Assembly (NCBI GenBank): GCA_037440625.1
Contig: JBBITT010000001.1
Coordinates: 133,913-197,912, forward strand
Direction of reading: 5' to 3'
Source of the DNA: Chloroflexota bacterium
Lineage (GTDB): Bacteria; Chloroflexota; Anaerolineae; UBA4142
DNA length: 64,000 nucleotides
The position numbers were made by a program, and so were the translations under genes. Position 1 is the stretch's first letter. Each line of letters opens with the position of its first letter. This document shows positions 52,344 through 61,838 of the stretch, piece by piece. The notes under the pieces were generated by a model. That model was not told where the DNA came from, did not search any database, and worked only from the letters and a program-made list of their open reading frames with translations.

Positions 52344-53894
52344 ATGTACGTGAGACAAGTTCTGGTTCTGCTCGCCGTGATGGCGCTGGTATTGGTCGTT
52401 GTAGCATGTGCCGCACCTCCCACACCCACGCCGGTGCCATCACCCACACCTCAACCATCGCCCACAGCGGTGCCCACCAAGGTCCCGCCCACCCCCACCG
52501 CAACTCCTGTGCCTCCACTTTCGATGGAAGCACTCAAGAATGCCGAGTACGTCATCGAAGGGCCGGCGGCAGGGAAAGCGAAATTGACTAACGGAACATT
52601 CAAAGAACCCATTCCCAAATCATCCGCATCAGTCACCGTGCAAATGAGCGATGTAAGCGCGGTGGGCGATTTGAATGGCGATGGTGCGCAAGATGCTGCC
52701 GTAATTCTCACCGCCAATACCGGCGGATCGGGCGTGTTCTACTATCTCTACGGCGTCCTCAACAACCAGGGAACCCCCAACCCTCTGGCGCCAGAATTTT
52801 TGGGCGATCGTATCAAGTTGAAAGCGCTTGCCATTCAAGGCAACGAAATCGTCATTGATTTCTTGACGCAAGGTCCCAGAGATTCAATGACGAATCCAAC
52901 ACTTGCGGTTACTCGCAAGTATCAAGCGCGAGACAATAAACTCGTTTCAACCACACCGCCCACCCCCACCGCCGCCGCGCCGACCAAAGCCGCTGTCGTT
53001 GCCACACCTCGCCCAGCCGTCACGGCAACGCCTACCAAACCGCCTCTGCCCAAGGGAAGCATCGCGTTTCACTGGAACGATCAAGGCATTGATCGCTTGT
53101 CCGTGTTGAATGTCGAGAGCAAACAGATTACGCCGTTTGTCGTGACGGGTCCGGTGATGGACATTCAGGTCAACACGAACGCCCACATTGGCGAATGGTC
53201 GCCCGATGGCTCCAAGTTTGCGTACATTTTTGCCGGCACGCTCGGCGCATCGAATATTCTCAGAGTGATGTCGGGGAATAGCACGGCGGACTTGTACTCG
53301 TCCGATGCGAGCGGTGGCTTGTCTAGCCCCACGTGGTCACCGGATGGCAAGCGTATCGCGTTTGTGCGCTTGGGCGGAGATCGTCAAGCCTGGTCTGTCA
53401 TCATCATCAATGCGGATGGCACCAAATGCACGGCAGACAAGTTCGAATGTATGATCAAGCAAGTTGCCGGGGAACAGTATCGCGGCGGGCTCGCGTGGTC
53501 CAAGCAAGGTATCTTTGCCATCGGATTCAACACCACCGGCAAGAATAACGTGTACACAATGTACTCGGATGGAACGCTGGCGAAGAATGTATCAAACCAC
53601 GAGGCGGATGATGGTTCGCCAGCGTGGAGTCCGGACGGCAAGCAAATCGCGTTCACTTCAACGCGCGATGGCAAATCGCAGATTTACATCGTCAATGCGG
53701 ATGGCTCCGGCTTGCGTCGTCTGAGCGATAACCAATTCTCTGATTTCTCGCCGACATGGTCGCCCGATGGTCGCTGGATTGCGTTTGCGTCCACGCGCGG
53801 CGGCGCGACGAATGTTTATATGATGGATGTCAGCGGCGGGAATATAACGCAACTGACCCAGACCGGCGGCGATCATCCAATCTGGTCGCGATAA
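52344..53894 (+). CDS. Lipoprotein with TolB-like (PD40) beta-propeller repeats
   Basis: Lipobox VVAC with PT linkers. Repeated SP(T/A)WSPDG(K/R).IAF motifs. Confidence 0.75.
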   Translation: MYVRQVLVLLAVMALVLVVVACAAPPTPTPVPSPTPQPSPTAVPTKVPPTPTATPVPPLSMEALKNAEYVIEGPAAGKAKLTNGTFKEPIPKSSASVTVQMSDVSAVGDLNGDGAQDAAVILTANTGGSGVFYYLYGVLNNQGTPNPLAPEFLGDRIKLKALAIQGNEIVIDFLTQGPRDSMTNPTLAVTRKYQARDNKLVSTTPPTPTAAAPTKAAVVATPRPAVTATPTKPPLPKGSIAFHWNDQGIDRLSVLNVESKQITPFVVTGPVMDIQVNTNAHIGEWSPDGSKFAYIFAGTLGASNILRVMSGNSTADLYSSDASGGLSSPTWSPDGKRIAFVRLGGDRQAWSVIIINADGTKCTADKFECMIKQVAGEQYRGGLAWSKQGIFAIGFNTTGKNNVYTMYSDGTLAKNVSNHEADDGSPAWSPDGKQIAFTSTRDGKSQIYIVNADGSGLRRLSDNQFSDFSPTWSPDGRWIAFASTRGGATNVYMMDVSGGNITQLTQTGGDHPIWSR

Positions 53895-53899
53895 ATGAG

Positions 53900-53928
53900 G
53901 TAGGGGCGAGTCTCAGACTCGCCCCTAC
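53900..53928. terminator. GC-rich hairpin between convergent genes
   Basis: Perfect 13-bp stem GTAGGGGCGAGTC/GACTCGCCCCTAC with a 3-nt loop. No clear U-tract. Confidence 0.45.
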
Positions 53929-53940
53929 AAACTCTCGCTC

Positions 53941-54837
53941 CTACAAAATAAACCAAATCCCCACAACCGATAACAACGTCCCCACCACAATCTTGGGCGT
54001 TACATTCTCTTTGAGAAAAATTGCCGCCAGCGGTACACCAATGATCGGCGCGGCCGTGTTGATGAGCGATGCGCGTGCGGCACCGGCAAAATCCACCGTC
54101 AATGTCCACACAATCATTCCGATGCCGGTGCTATAGATCGCCAAGCCGACGAGCGCGGGCAAATTCTTGCGATTGTATCCGCGCCACGCCCCCCATCCTT
54201 TTTGACGATATGCGATGAGGGCAGATGCCGCCGCCGCGACCGGCAGACGAATCGCATTGACCACGATCACGTGGGGCGACTCGTTCAAACCGATTTTCAA
54301 CATCGTTATGGCAATCGCCCACGAGAGCGCGGCGGCAACGACGGCGAACATCCCCCAACGTTCAGTGCGCGCATCCGTCCGAATCGTTTTCTCGGTTTGC
54401 GGCGCAAGCAGGTACACCTCACCGATCACCAAAAACGTACCTAGGATGGCTTCGAGCGTGATCGGTTCATTGAGAAGGGGCACTGCGAGCGCCCACGTGA
54501 ACAGCGGATACGTCCCAGAAATCGGCAGGGCGCGCGCCGTGCCAATCTGGGTCATACTCCAAAAGTATAACGTGTCGCCTATGGCAATGCCAATGACCGA
54601 TGAGATTGCCAGCATCAACGTCGCGTTCAATGGCATTTGGACGATGGCTTGGACGCCACCAAAGAAGGGCAGGAGGGCAAGCACAAACAACATTGCCACG
54701 AACATTCGGAATGCGTTGAACGCTGACGTGTCAATGCGATCCGATTGTGCTTGGATGGCGAGACTGGTGGTTGCCCAGATGAACGCGCTGGCAAAGCCCA
54801 GGATAATTCCGATGATCACTTGACTTCCGTTCGCCAT
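53941..54837 (-). CDS. DMT-superfamily (EamA) transporter
   Basis: 10 TM helices arranged as two EamA-like halves. Confidence 0.7.
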   Translation of the reverse strand: MANGSQVIIGIILGFASAFIWATTSLAIQAQSDRIDTSAFNAFRMFVAMLFVLALLPFFGGVQAIVQMPLNATLMLAISSVIGIAIGDTLYFWSMTQIGTARALPISGTYPLFTWALAVPLLNEPITLEAILGTFLVIGEVYLLAPQTEKTIRTDARTERWGMFAVVAAALSWAIAITMLKIGLNESPHVIVVNAIRLPVAAAASALIAYRQKGWGAWRGYNRKNLPALVGLAIYSTGIGMIVWTLTVDFAGAARASLINTAAPIIGVPLAAIFLKENVTPKIVVGTLLSVVGIWFIL

Positions 54838-55736
54838 TCAGGATAGCGTGTGTCAATGCCGCGCACAAGGTCGTGATACAAGGTTTCGATGTGTTGGGTG
54901 ATCGGTCCGATGTTCCCATCGCCCAACGTAAACCGGTCAATCGAAGCGAGCGGAGTGATTTCTGCGCCGGTGCCACACAAGAACGCTTCGCGGGCAACGT
55001 ACAATTCGGTGCGATCAATCTCGCGTTCGATCACGGGAATCTTGAGCACCTCACGGCAAAGTTGGATCAGCGTTTCACGGGTGATGCTTTCCAAGATACC
55101 ACTGGTGACCGGCGGCGTAATGATTTTGCCATCGCGCACGATCATCAAGCATGCGCCCGGCGCTTCGGCGACCTTGCCGTTCGGTTGCAGAATAATTGCC
55201 GCGTCGTAGCCATTCCGTTTGGCTTCTTCCGACGCGAACCGCGAGTTCAAATAATTTGACGAGGCTTTGATGCGCGGCGGCATCACATTATCGGTGATGC
55301 GCGCCCAAGATGAAACGCACGCATGCGCCACCTTGCCACTCTTGAGCCGCGATTCCCACGCTTGCGAACTTTGCACAATGCGTGCCACATTTTCGCCACT
55401 CCCGCTGAACGTGGGCGAATCTACAAAAGCCAGCGGACGGATGTACGCGTCACTCTCGTGTTTGTTCGCGCGCAAGAGATCCAAGAGACCTTGCTTGATG
55501 ACTTGGTTCGGAATGGTTTGCGTCATCCGCATCAAGCGCATGGATTGTGCCAAACGTTCAAGGTGGGTGTCCAAGCGAAAGACAAACAGTTTGTGCGCGG
55601 TAGCGTTCCAATACGCACGAATCCCTTCAAACACCGATGAGACGCTGGCAGTACCGAGTTGAGTGATGTGAACGGTGGCTTGATCCCAGGGTGCAAGTTT
55701 TCCATCTACCCAAACGAATGGTGGATTCTCCGGCAT
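54816..55736 (-). CDS. ilvE: Branched-chain amino acid aminotransferase (class IV)
   Basis: VFEGIRAY, NYLNSRFASEEAKRNGYDAAI, ESITR and CGTGAEITP. Confidence 0.85.
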   Translation of the reverse strand: MPENPPFVWVDGKLAPWDQATVHITQLGTASVSSVFEGIRAYWNATAHKLFVFRLDTHLERLAQSMRLMRMTQTIPNQVIKQGLLDLLRANKHESDAYIRPLAFVDSPTFSGSGENVARIVQSSQAWESRLKSGKVAHACVSSWARITDNVMPPRIKASSNYLNSRFASEEAKRNGYDAAIILQPNGKVAEAPGACLMIVRDGKIITPPVTSGILESITRETLIQLCREVLKIPVIEREIDRTELYVAREAFLCGTGAEITPLASIDRFTLGDGNIGPITQHIETLYHDLVRGIDTRYPEWRTEVK

Positions 55737-55749
55737 GTAATTCTCCTTG

Positions 55750-55803
55750 AAAAAGACGAAGGACGTAGCACAGATTCAACTTTGTGCTACGGCGCTCCGT
55801 CTT
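55750..55803 (-). terminator. Intrinsic terminator between cinA and ilvE
   Basis: On the minus strand: extended hairpin (core CGTAGCACA/TGTGCTACG) followed by CTTTTTC, just before the ilvE RBS. Confidence 0.55.
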
Positions 55804-55814
55804 TTGGCTGTGGT

Positions 55815-57002
55815 CTATGATTTCAATATGGCGCGGCGCACCAGATCGAGGGCGCGGATCATGATCCAGATTTGCGCTTGCTCGCTGATGCCGCCGATCG
55901 TATAGGGATGTGTGATGGTGTGTGAGGCGGTTGCCACGGCAATCGCGCTTTTGCCGGTATCTTCGCCGTACAAATCTTGGCCTGAATTCGTCGTGCCTAA
56001 AACAACCAATGCTATATCCGCATTGGTTACGTTGCGGAATTGTTCCGCCATCGTCGCCGCGTTCTGGTCCGAAATTTCAGTTACGTTATCAAGCAACATG
56101 GCGGACTTGAGAATGCGCGTACCTTCGGGGCGTGCGCGCAAACGCTCGGCGATTTTGCCGGCGGTGTTTGTCTCAGCAATCGCAATACGCCAATTGCGCG
56201 CCGCCAGCAAGCGTGCCACCACTTCTTCCACCGTTTCCGATCCTTCGCCGTAAATCGCAGCGCCCAAGCGTTCGCGCACCTTGGCTTCCATCTCTTTGAT
56301 CAACACTTCGGCTTCGGTGCGCGTATGGGCTTTGGCGGTGATGCGTACATCGGTTTGACCGGGATGCGCCAGCAAGCCCACCGTTGGATTGCTCGATTCT
56401 TCGAGATCGGCAATGAGCGCGTCCACCTGACTTTCGCCGATGGCGCAGGTGCGCAGGGTTTTGCTAAGGATGATCCACTCGCCGCCGGTTTTCTCGCGCA
56501 ACCAAGGCAGGATGCGCGTCTCCATCAAGTACTTCATCTCGCGGGGAACGCCCGGCAACGAGACGATGTACTTGCCTGCGTGTTCGACGATAAAGACCGG
56601 CGCGGTGCCGACCGGATTCTCGATAGGGGTTGCGCCGCGCGGAATGTACGCTTGCCGCACGTTATTCTCGCTCATGGGGCGGCCCCATTTTTCAAAGAGA
56701 CGCCGAATCTGCGCGAGCAAGTTTTCATCCAACACCAGATCGCGATTCGTCGCTTTGGCGACCGCTTCGCGCGTCATATCATCTACGGTTGGACCCAAGC
56801 CGCCGGTCGTGATGATGACATCGGCGCGCGTGAGCGCGTGCTGAATCGCATCCACAATGCGTCCCACGTTATCGCCCACCGTCGTGCGAAAATACAAGTC
56901 CACGCCGACCTCGGAAAGTTTTTCGGCGATCCAGACGGCGTTCGTGTCTATGATTTGTCCCAGCAACAATTCCGTGCCGATGGAGATGGTTTCTGCTTTC
57001 AT
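55815..57002 (-). CDS. cinA: CinA-family protein (MoCF-biosynthesis domain plus PncC-like domain)
   Basis: MKAETISIGTELLLGQIIDTNAVWIAEKL and ITTGGLGPTVDD. Confidence 0.8.
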   Translation of the reverse strand: MKAETISIGTELLLGQIIDTNAVWIAEKLSEVGVDLYFRTTVGDNVGRIVDAIQHALTRADVIITTGGLGPTVDDMTREAVAKATNRDLVLDENLLAQIRRLFEKWGRPMSENNVRQAYIPRGATPIENPVGTAPVFIVEHAGKYIVSLPGVPREMKYLMETRILPWLREKTGGEWIILSKTLRTCAIGESQVDALIADLEESSNPTVGLLAHPGQTDVRITAKAHTRTEAEVLIKEMEAKVRERLGAAIYGEGSETVEEVVARLLAARNWRIAIAETNTAGKIAERLRARPEGTRILKSAMLLDNVTEISDQNAATMAEQFRNVTNADIALVVLGTTNSGQDLYGEDTGKSAIAVATASHTITHPYTIGGISEQAQIWIMIRALDLVRRAILKS

Positions 57003-57006
57003 AAGA

Positions 57007-57936
57007 TTATCTAAAGAGATTGCTGACTAAGAAAATCACATTTGCCGGGCGTTCTGCCAAGCGGCGCATAAAGTACGGATACCAATGGGTTCCAAAAGGC
57101 ACGTAAACACGCATCGTGTATCCTTCCGCAACGAGTTGGCGTTGCAGATCGGAACGGATGCCGTAAAGCATTTGAAATTCAAAACGATTGCGATCCACCT
57201 TGTGTGCTGTCGTGTACTCTTTTGCCCAACGAATGATTTTTTCATCGTGGGTGGCAAGATCGAGATAGGCACCCGTGGGGCTACCGTTGGCATCGAAAAA
57301 GATTTGCGCGAGTTTGATATAGTTGGCGTCCACCTCGGCTTTGCGCGGAAAGGCGACCGTGGGCGGTTCTTTGTACGCGCCTTTGCACAGACGCACGTTC
57401 GCGCCCATCGCATACAACGCTCGCATATCTTGCTCACTGCGATAGAGATAACTCTGAATCACGATGCCCACGTTGTCAAACTCTTCGCGCAACGTCTTAA
57501 AGACATTCAACGTGATTTGCGTATGTTTGGAATCTTCCATATCAATCGTAACCAGTGTGCCGATTTCTTTGGCTTGGCGCAAAATCTGACGCATATTATC
57601 CAAACACAAATCTACGCTAATATCCAAACCCATCTGGGTGAGTTTGACCGAGACCTGGGATTGCACGCGATTCGCGGCAATCGCCTCGAGCGCGCGCAAG
57701 TAGCCATCTTTGGCAGCACGGGCTTCGGATTCCAACGTTACACTTTCGCCCAACTGATCGAAGGTAACTCCCAGACCTTGGGCGTTGAGTTTCTTGACCA
57801 CGGCAATCGCTTCATCCAGCGTTTCGCCCGCGACAAAGCGGCGCGCCACGCGACGCGAGAGCGGAAAGTTCACCACAAAATTCCGCATCATGGCGTTGGT
57901 GGATAAAGCGAGAAAAAGGTCGCGTAGGATTGGCAT
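57007..57936 (-). CDS. Proline dehydrogenase (monofunctional)
   Basis: Start moved to MPILRD (AGGAGG RBS). FVAGETLDEA, VTIDMEDS, RLCKGAY and YVPFG. Confidence 0.8.
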   Translation of the reverse strand: MPILRDLFLALSTNAMMRNFVVNFPLSRRVARRFVAGETLDEAIAVVKKLNAQGLGVTFDQLGESVTLESEARAAKDGYLRALEAIAANRVQSQVSVKLTQMGLDISVDLCLDNMRQILRQAKEIGTLVTIDMEDSKHTQITLNVFKTLREEFDNVGIVIQSYLYRSEQDMRALYAMGANVRLCKGAYKEPPTVAFPRKAEVDANYIKLAQIFFDANGSPTGAYLDLATHDEKIIRWAKEYTTAHKVDRNRFEFQMLYGIRSDLQRQLVAEGYTMRVYVPFGTHWYPYFMRRLAERPANVIFLVSNLFR

Positions 57937-58097
57937 GGATCCTCCTTGATCAATAAACCTCCTCCGCGTAATCGCGAGGGTGTTGCAAGCCGGCGTGGAC
58001 GTCCTTGTCCACGCGCACGAGCGGCAATGAGGTCTCTTGACCGCTCGCCCCAAATATACTCTCAATCAAATAAAAGTCAACCAAAACGTGCAAGCGG

Positions 58098-58127
58098 TTG
58101 GACGCGTTGCCCATTCGGCGTTATAAT
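58098..58127 (+). promoter_or_regulatory. Candidate promoter giving a near-leaderless rsmI transcript
   Basis: TTGGAC-18 nt-TATAAT. The ATG at 58136 lies 8 nt after the -10 and has no SD. Confidence 0.4.
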
Positions 58128-58135
58128 AACGAACG

Positions 58136-58978
58136 ATGGGCACGCTCTATCTTGTCGCCACGCCAATCGGAAATTTGCAAGACATTACGGCACGCGCTCT
58201 GCGCATCTTGCGTGAGGTGTCGCTGATTGCCGCCGAAGATACTCGCACTGCCCGTCATCTCCTCACTCACTTTGAAATCTCCAAGCCGATCACCTCGTAC
58301 TTTGAGCATAACAAACTCACCAAACTCACTCACATTCTTGAAGCCTTGGAGCATGGTGATGTCGCCGTGATCTCCGAAGCCGGGATGCCCGGCTTGTCGG
58401 ATCCTGGCTACGAACTTGTGCGCGCGGCGCTGGCTCACGGTATTCGCGTGGTGCCCATCCCCGGCGTTAGCGCGCTGACCACTGCGCTCGTCGCGTCCGG
58501 CTTGCCCACCGATCAATTTGTGTACGTTGGTTTCTTGCCACGCCAGAAAAGTGCGCGTCGAAAACTTTTACAATCGCTTGCCAATGAACCCCGCACCATC
58601 GTCGCCTACGAAGCCCCGCATCGGGTCTGCGCAAGTTTGGATGACATTGCCGCCGTTTTGGGCAACCGTCTGATGTGTGTGGCGCGCGAGTTGACCAAAC
58701 TGCACGAAGAATTTTTTCGGGGTGATGTGAATGCGGCGCGCGAGCATTTTGCGCATCATCCACCACGCGGCGAGTTTACGTTGGTCATTGCGGGAAAGAC
58801 GGAGGACGAAAGACGGACGACGGACGATGAAAAACAAAATTGGAATGATGCGCGCGTGATTAAAGCCGTGCGTGCGTTGATGGCGCAAGGGGTAACACGA
58901 ACGGAAGCGGTGAAACGAATTGCACGCGAATCGGGCCGCGACCGGCGCGAGGTATATCAATTGGCGATATCCAAATGA
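58136..58978 (+). CDS. rsmI: 16S rRNA (cytidine1402-2'-O)-methyltransferase
   Basis: LYLVATPIGNLQDIT.RAL, IAAEDTR and SEAGMPGLSDPG. Confidence 0.9.
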   Translation: MGTLYLVATPIGNLQDITARALRILREVSLIAAEDTRTARHLLTHFEISKPITSYFEHNKLTKLTHILEALEHGDVAVISEAGMPGLSDPGYELVRAALAHGIRVVPIPGVSALTTALVASGLPTDQFVYVGFLPRQKSARRKLLQSLANEPRTIVAYEAPHRVCASLDDIAAVLGNRLMCVARELTKLHEEFFRGDVNAAREHFAHHPPRGEFTLVIAGKTEDERRTTDDEKQNWNDARVIKAVRALMAQGVTRTEAVKRIARESGRDRREVYQLAISK

Positions 58979-60204
58979 CTCAAGATGGTTTGCCCAATGT
59001 TCCCGCATCGTCCCCAGCCACTGCGTTGACGTGGCGCGGTGTAGTGTTGATGATGATCGCCGTATTGTTCTTGGCGTGTGGAGTGTGTGCCGGCTTGTTC
59101 TACCTTGTTACGCCAATCGTTTCGCGGCGCGCTGAAAATATTGCTGACAATGTTCTCCTTGGTTCGGTAGCGTTACTAGGTAGCGTGTTTGGTGTTATAA
59201 TCTTGTGGCAAGGTATCAACTGGATGCGCGGCAGAGCATCGGGTTCTGCCGCCAGCGCGTTTCCGCCCGTGTTCGTCTTGGCAATGCTCTTTGTAATCGC
59301 GCTGATGCTGGGGACGATAACCTTTGCACTCAAAACGTTGGCGGCGTGGCTCTTTCCAGTGTGGCATTTTATCGCCGCGAGTTGTATTCCGCTAATTTTT
59401 CTTGCTTACGCGGCGCGACGTTTGGGCAAAACGTCTGACTTTCGCGCGCTGTTTGCATCGCTGAGCTGGGGTGCGCTAGGTGTCACACCAATTGTTTTGG
59501 TGAGCGAACTTGTCGTTGGCACCGTGTGCATCTTGCTCATCGCTATCGTTCTGATGCTTGATCCGGAAACGCGCACCATTCTCGATCAATTGGATACGCG
59601 CACGTTGTTGGAACGCGATCCAGCCAATCTGGCAAGCGCGATCCAAATCCTGATTCATCCTTGGGTCATTGTCGTCGTCTTGGTGTACTTTGCATTGATC
59701 GTCCCAGCCATCGAAGAAACGTTCAAAACATTAATTATCGCGTTCGGTGATCCAACCCGGCTCACACTTGCCCGCGCGATGTTGTGGGGCGTTGGGGCGG
59801 GCGCGGGTTTCGCCCTCATCGAAAATATCTTTAACACCAGTGCGCTCCAAATCGTTTGGGCGTTGGCAATGTTGATGCGTGTTGGCGCAACCACGATGCA
59901 TGTGGTGAATGGAGTCATCATGGGACGCGGTTGGTACGCCGCGCGTGTGGAAAGGAGGTGGGGTCAACTCGGAATGGCGTTTGTGATCAGTGTTCTCGTG
60001 CACGGATTATGGAATGCCATCACCATCGCGCTGGGCATCAGTGTGGCTTTTGCAACCCGGACACACTCGCTTGACGTATCCGACTTGATGCAACCGGTTG
60101 GATGGTTCATCGGTGCATTGAGTCTTGGGTTGATGGTTTTGGCATTTGGTGGAATGACATGGTTCGTGTCCGCCGTTCGAGCGGTGCGCGAACCAGCGCT
60201 CTAA
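58975..60204 (+). CDS. PrsW-family intramembrane protease-like protein
   Basis: ~8 TM helices. IEETFK (EExxK) and HGLWN (HxxxN) motifs. The start overlaps the rsmI stop. Confidence 0.6.
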   Translation: MTQDGLPNVPASSPATALTWRGVVLMMIAVLFLACGVCAGLFYLVTPIVSRRAENIADNVLLGSVALLGSVFGVIILWQGINWMRGRASGSAASAFPPVFVLAMLFVIALMLGTITFALKTLAAWLFPVWHFIAASCIPLIFLAYAARRLGKTSDFRALFASLSWGALGVTPIVLVSELVVGTVCILLIAIVLMLDPETRTILDQLDTRTLLERDPANLASAIQILIHPWVIVVVLVYFALIVPAIEETFKTLIIAFGDPTRLTLARAMLWGVGAGAGFALIENIFNTSALQIVWALAMLMRVGATTMHVVNGVIMGRGWYAARVERRWGQLGMAFVISVLVHGLWNAITIALGISVAFATRTHSLDVSDLMQPVGWFIGALSLGLMVLAFGGMTWFVSAVRAVREPAL

Positions 60205-60224
60205 AATTCTAGGAAGGAGCCAGT

Positions 60225-61085
60225 GTGGACAAGAGCGTCCAAATCGTAACCGATTCGTCAATCAATATGCCACAAGCGCTACGGCAAGAACTGGGGCTTG
60301 TGGTTGTGCCGCTCAAAGCGATCTTTGGCACCACCGAATATCGCGACGAGATTGATCTGACGAACGAACAGTTTTACCAGATGCTCCCGAACGCGAAAGA
60401 GCATCCCACAACATCCCAGCCCTCTGCCGGCGATTTCATTCAGGTGTACAAACCGATTATCGAATCGGGCAAGGAGATTGTCTCGCTTCACTTGTCGAGC
60501 AAGTTGAGTGGAACCTACGCTTCGGCGTGTGCTGCCAAAACCGAGTTGGAGAATCAGTTCAAAAAGGCACTGCCCATCACGATTGTGGACACGCCGTGGA
60601 TTTCGATGGCGTTGGGATTGTTGTGTATCGCTGCGGCGCAAGCGGCTGCCGCCGGCAAATCCAGAGATCAGATCGTAGAGACCGTCAATGCGCTCATTCC
60701 CAAACTCAACGTTATCTTTGTCTTGGATACGCTTGAATACCTCAAGCGCGGGGGACGGATCGGCGGGGCAAGCGCGATGCTGGGCACCCTGCTGAATTTC
60801 AAGCCGATGCTTGAAATCAAGAACGGCGTAGTCGAGCCGTTGGAAAAACCGCGCTCGCGCGCCAAAGCCATCCAACGGTTGCTAGAAATTATGCAAGCCC
60901 GGACCGGCGGCAAGCCGGTGCATGTCTCTGTCTTGCATGCGCAGGCACCTGGCGATGCGGCGGCACTCGAAGCAGAGATTCGTCGCCGATTCGAATGCAA
61001 AGAGTTTTATCGGGCAGAGTTGGGACCGGTGCTGGGTGTGCATACGGGCCCGAACGCCTTGGGGTTGGTTTTTTACGCGGATTGA
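60225..61085 (+). CDS. DegV family fatty-acid-binding protein (copy 2)
   Basis: IVTDSSINMP, TTSQPSAG, HLSSKLSGT and VHTGPNA. GTG start with GGAAGGAG RBS. Confidence 0.85.
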   Translation: MDKSVQIVTDSSINMPQALRQELGLVVVPLKAIFGTTEYRDEIDLTNEQFYQMLPNAKEHPTTSQPSAGDFIQVYKPIIESGKEIVSLHLSSKLSGTYASACAAKTELENQFKKALPITIVDTPWISMALGLLCIAAAQAAAAGKSRDQIVETVNALIPKLNVIFVLDTLEYLKRGGRIGGASAMLGTLLNFKPMLEIKNGVVEPLEKPRSRAKAIQRLLEIMQARTGGKPVHVSVLHAQAPGDAAALEAEIRRRFECKEFYRAELGPVLGVHTGPNALGLVFYAD

Positions 61086-61090
61086 GCAGA

Positions 61091-61154
61091 CGCAAGTCAT
61101 CGCCGCAAAGGAGTGCCTGGCGTTTGCTCAAGGCAAATGAGGCGATGACTTGCG
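61091..61154 (+). ncRNA. Unassigned structured element (14-bp stem, 36-nt structured loop)
   Basis: CGCAAGTCATCGCC (61091-104) pairs with GGCGATGACTTGCG (61141-154). Intergenic, upstream of a separate terminator. Confidence 0.3.
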
Positions 61155-61174
61155 CGCATGACGCTAGATCTGTG

Positions 61175-61217
61175 GGGAGCAGAGCGCGCGGATGGATGGC
61201 GATCTGCTCCCGCTTTT
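61175..61217 (+). terminator. Intrinsic terminator downstream of DegV copy 2
   Basis: GGGAGCAGA/TCTGCTCCC 9-bp stem followed by GCTTTTAT. Confidence 0.6.
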
Positions 61218-61276
61218 ATCGTAACTTATCACGCGTCTGTGGGTTTGAATGATCGGACGCGTACGGAGAGTCTTGG

Positions 61277-61822
61277 TTGTCCGAAAGTGAAGCAGCCCTG
61301 ATTGAACGTGCCAAACGCGATCCGGCAGCGTTTGGCGAGTTGTACGAGCGATACGTGGATCGTATCTATAATTACATTTACTATCGCACCAGCGATGTCC
61401 ACGAAGCCGAAGATTTGACCGCGCGGGTTTTTTATCGCGCCTTGAATCATATCGAAGAATACAATCAACGGGGTGCCCCATTTGCCGCGTGGTTGTACCG
61501 CATCGCCCATAACTTGGTGGCAAATTGGCATCGCGACCGGAGCCGGCGCAAGTATGTGCGTTTGGATGATTTGGCAACAGTGCCGGCAAAAGGGAGTGGA
61601 CCCCATCATCACGCCGAACAAAACGAACAAGCCCAAACCTTGCTCGAGGCGATTCGCCGCTTGCCGGCCGAACGGCAGGAATTATTGATTCTGAAATTTG
61701 TGGACGAATTATCCAACGCCGATATTGCCAAGATTATGGGCCGCAGTGAAGGCGCGATCAAATCGTTGTACCATCGCACCCTCATCGCTTTGCGCGATGA
61801 TTTATCCCGGCGCGATGTCTAA
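61277..61822 (+). CDS. ECF-type RNA polymerase sigma-70 family factor
   Basis: Region 2 is FGELYERYVDRIYNYIYYRT...AEDLTARVF...WLYRIAHN. Region 4 is LPAERQELLILKFVDELSNADIAKIMGRSEGAIKSLYHR. Confidence 0.85.
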   Translation: MSESEAALIERAKRDPAAFGELYERYVDRIYNYIYYRTSDVHEAEDLTARVFYRALNHIEEYNQRGAPFAAWLYRIAHNLVANWHRDRSRRKYVRLDDLATVPAKGSGPHHHAEQNEQAQTLLEAIRRLPAERQELLILKFVDELSNADIAKIMGRSEGAIKSLYHRTLIALRDDLSRRDV

Positions 61823-61838
61823 CATCGGAGAAGACAGA

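Noticed and set aside
52380-53060. PT-rich repetitive DNA in lipoprotein genes as possible repeats
   Set aside because: These are in-frame Pro/Thr/Ala linkers following lipoboxes in three exported proteins. They are a compositional feature, not a repeat element.
56040-57906. 324-aa and 273-aa plus-strand ORFs
   Set aside because: They are antisense shadows of cinA and the proline dehydrogenase gene.
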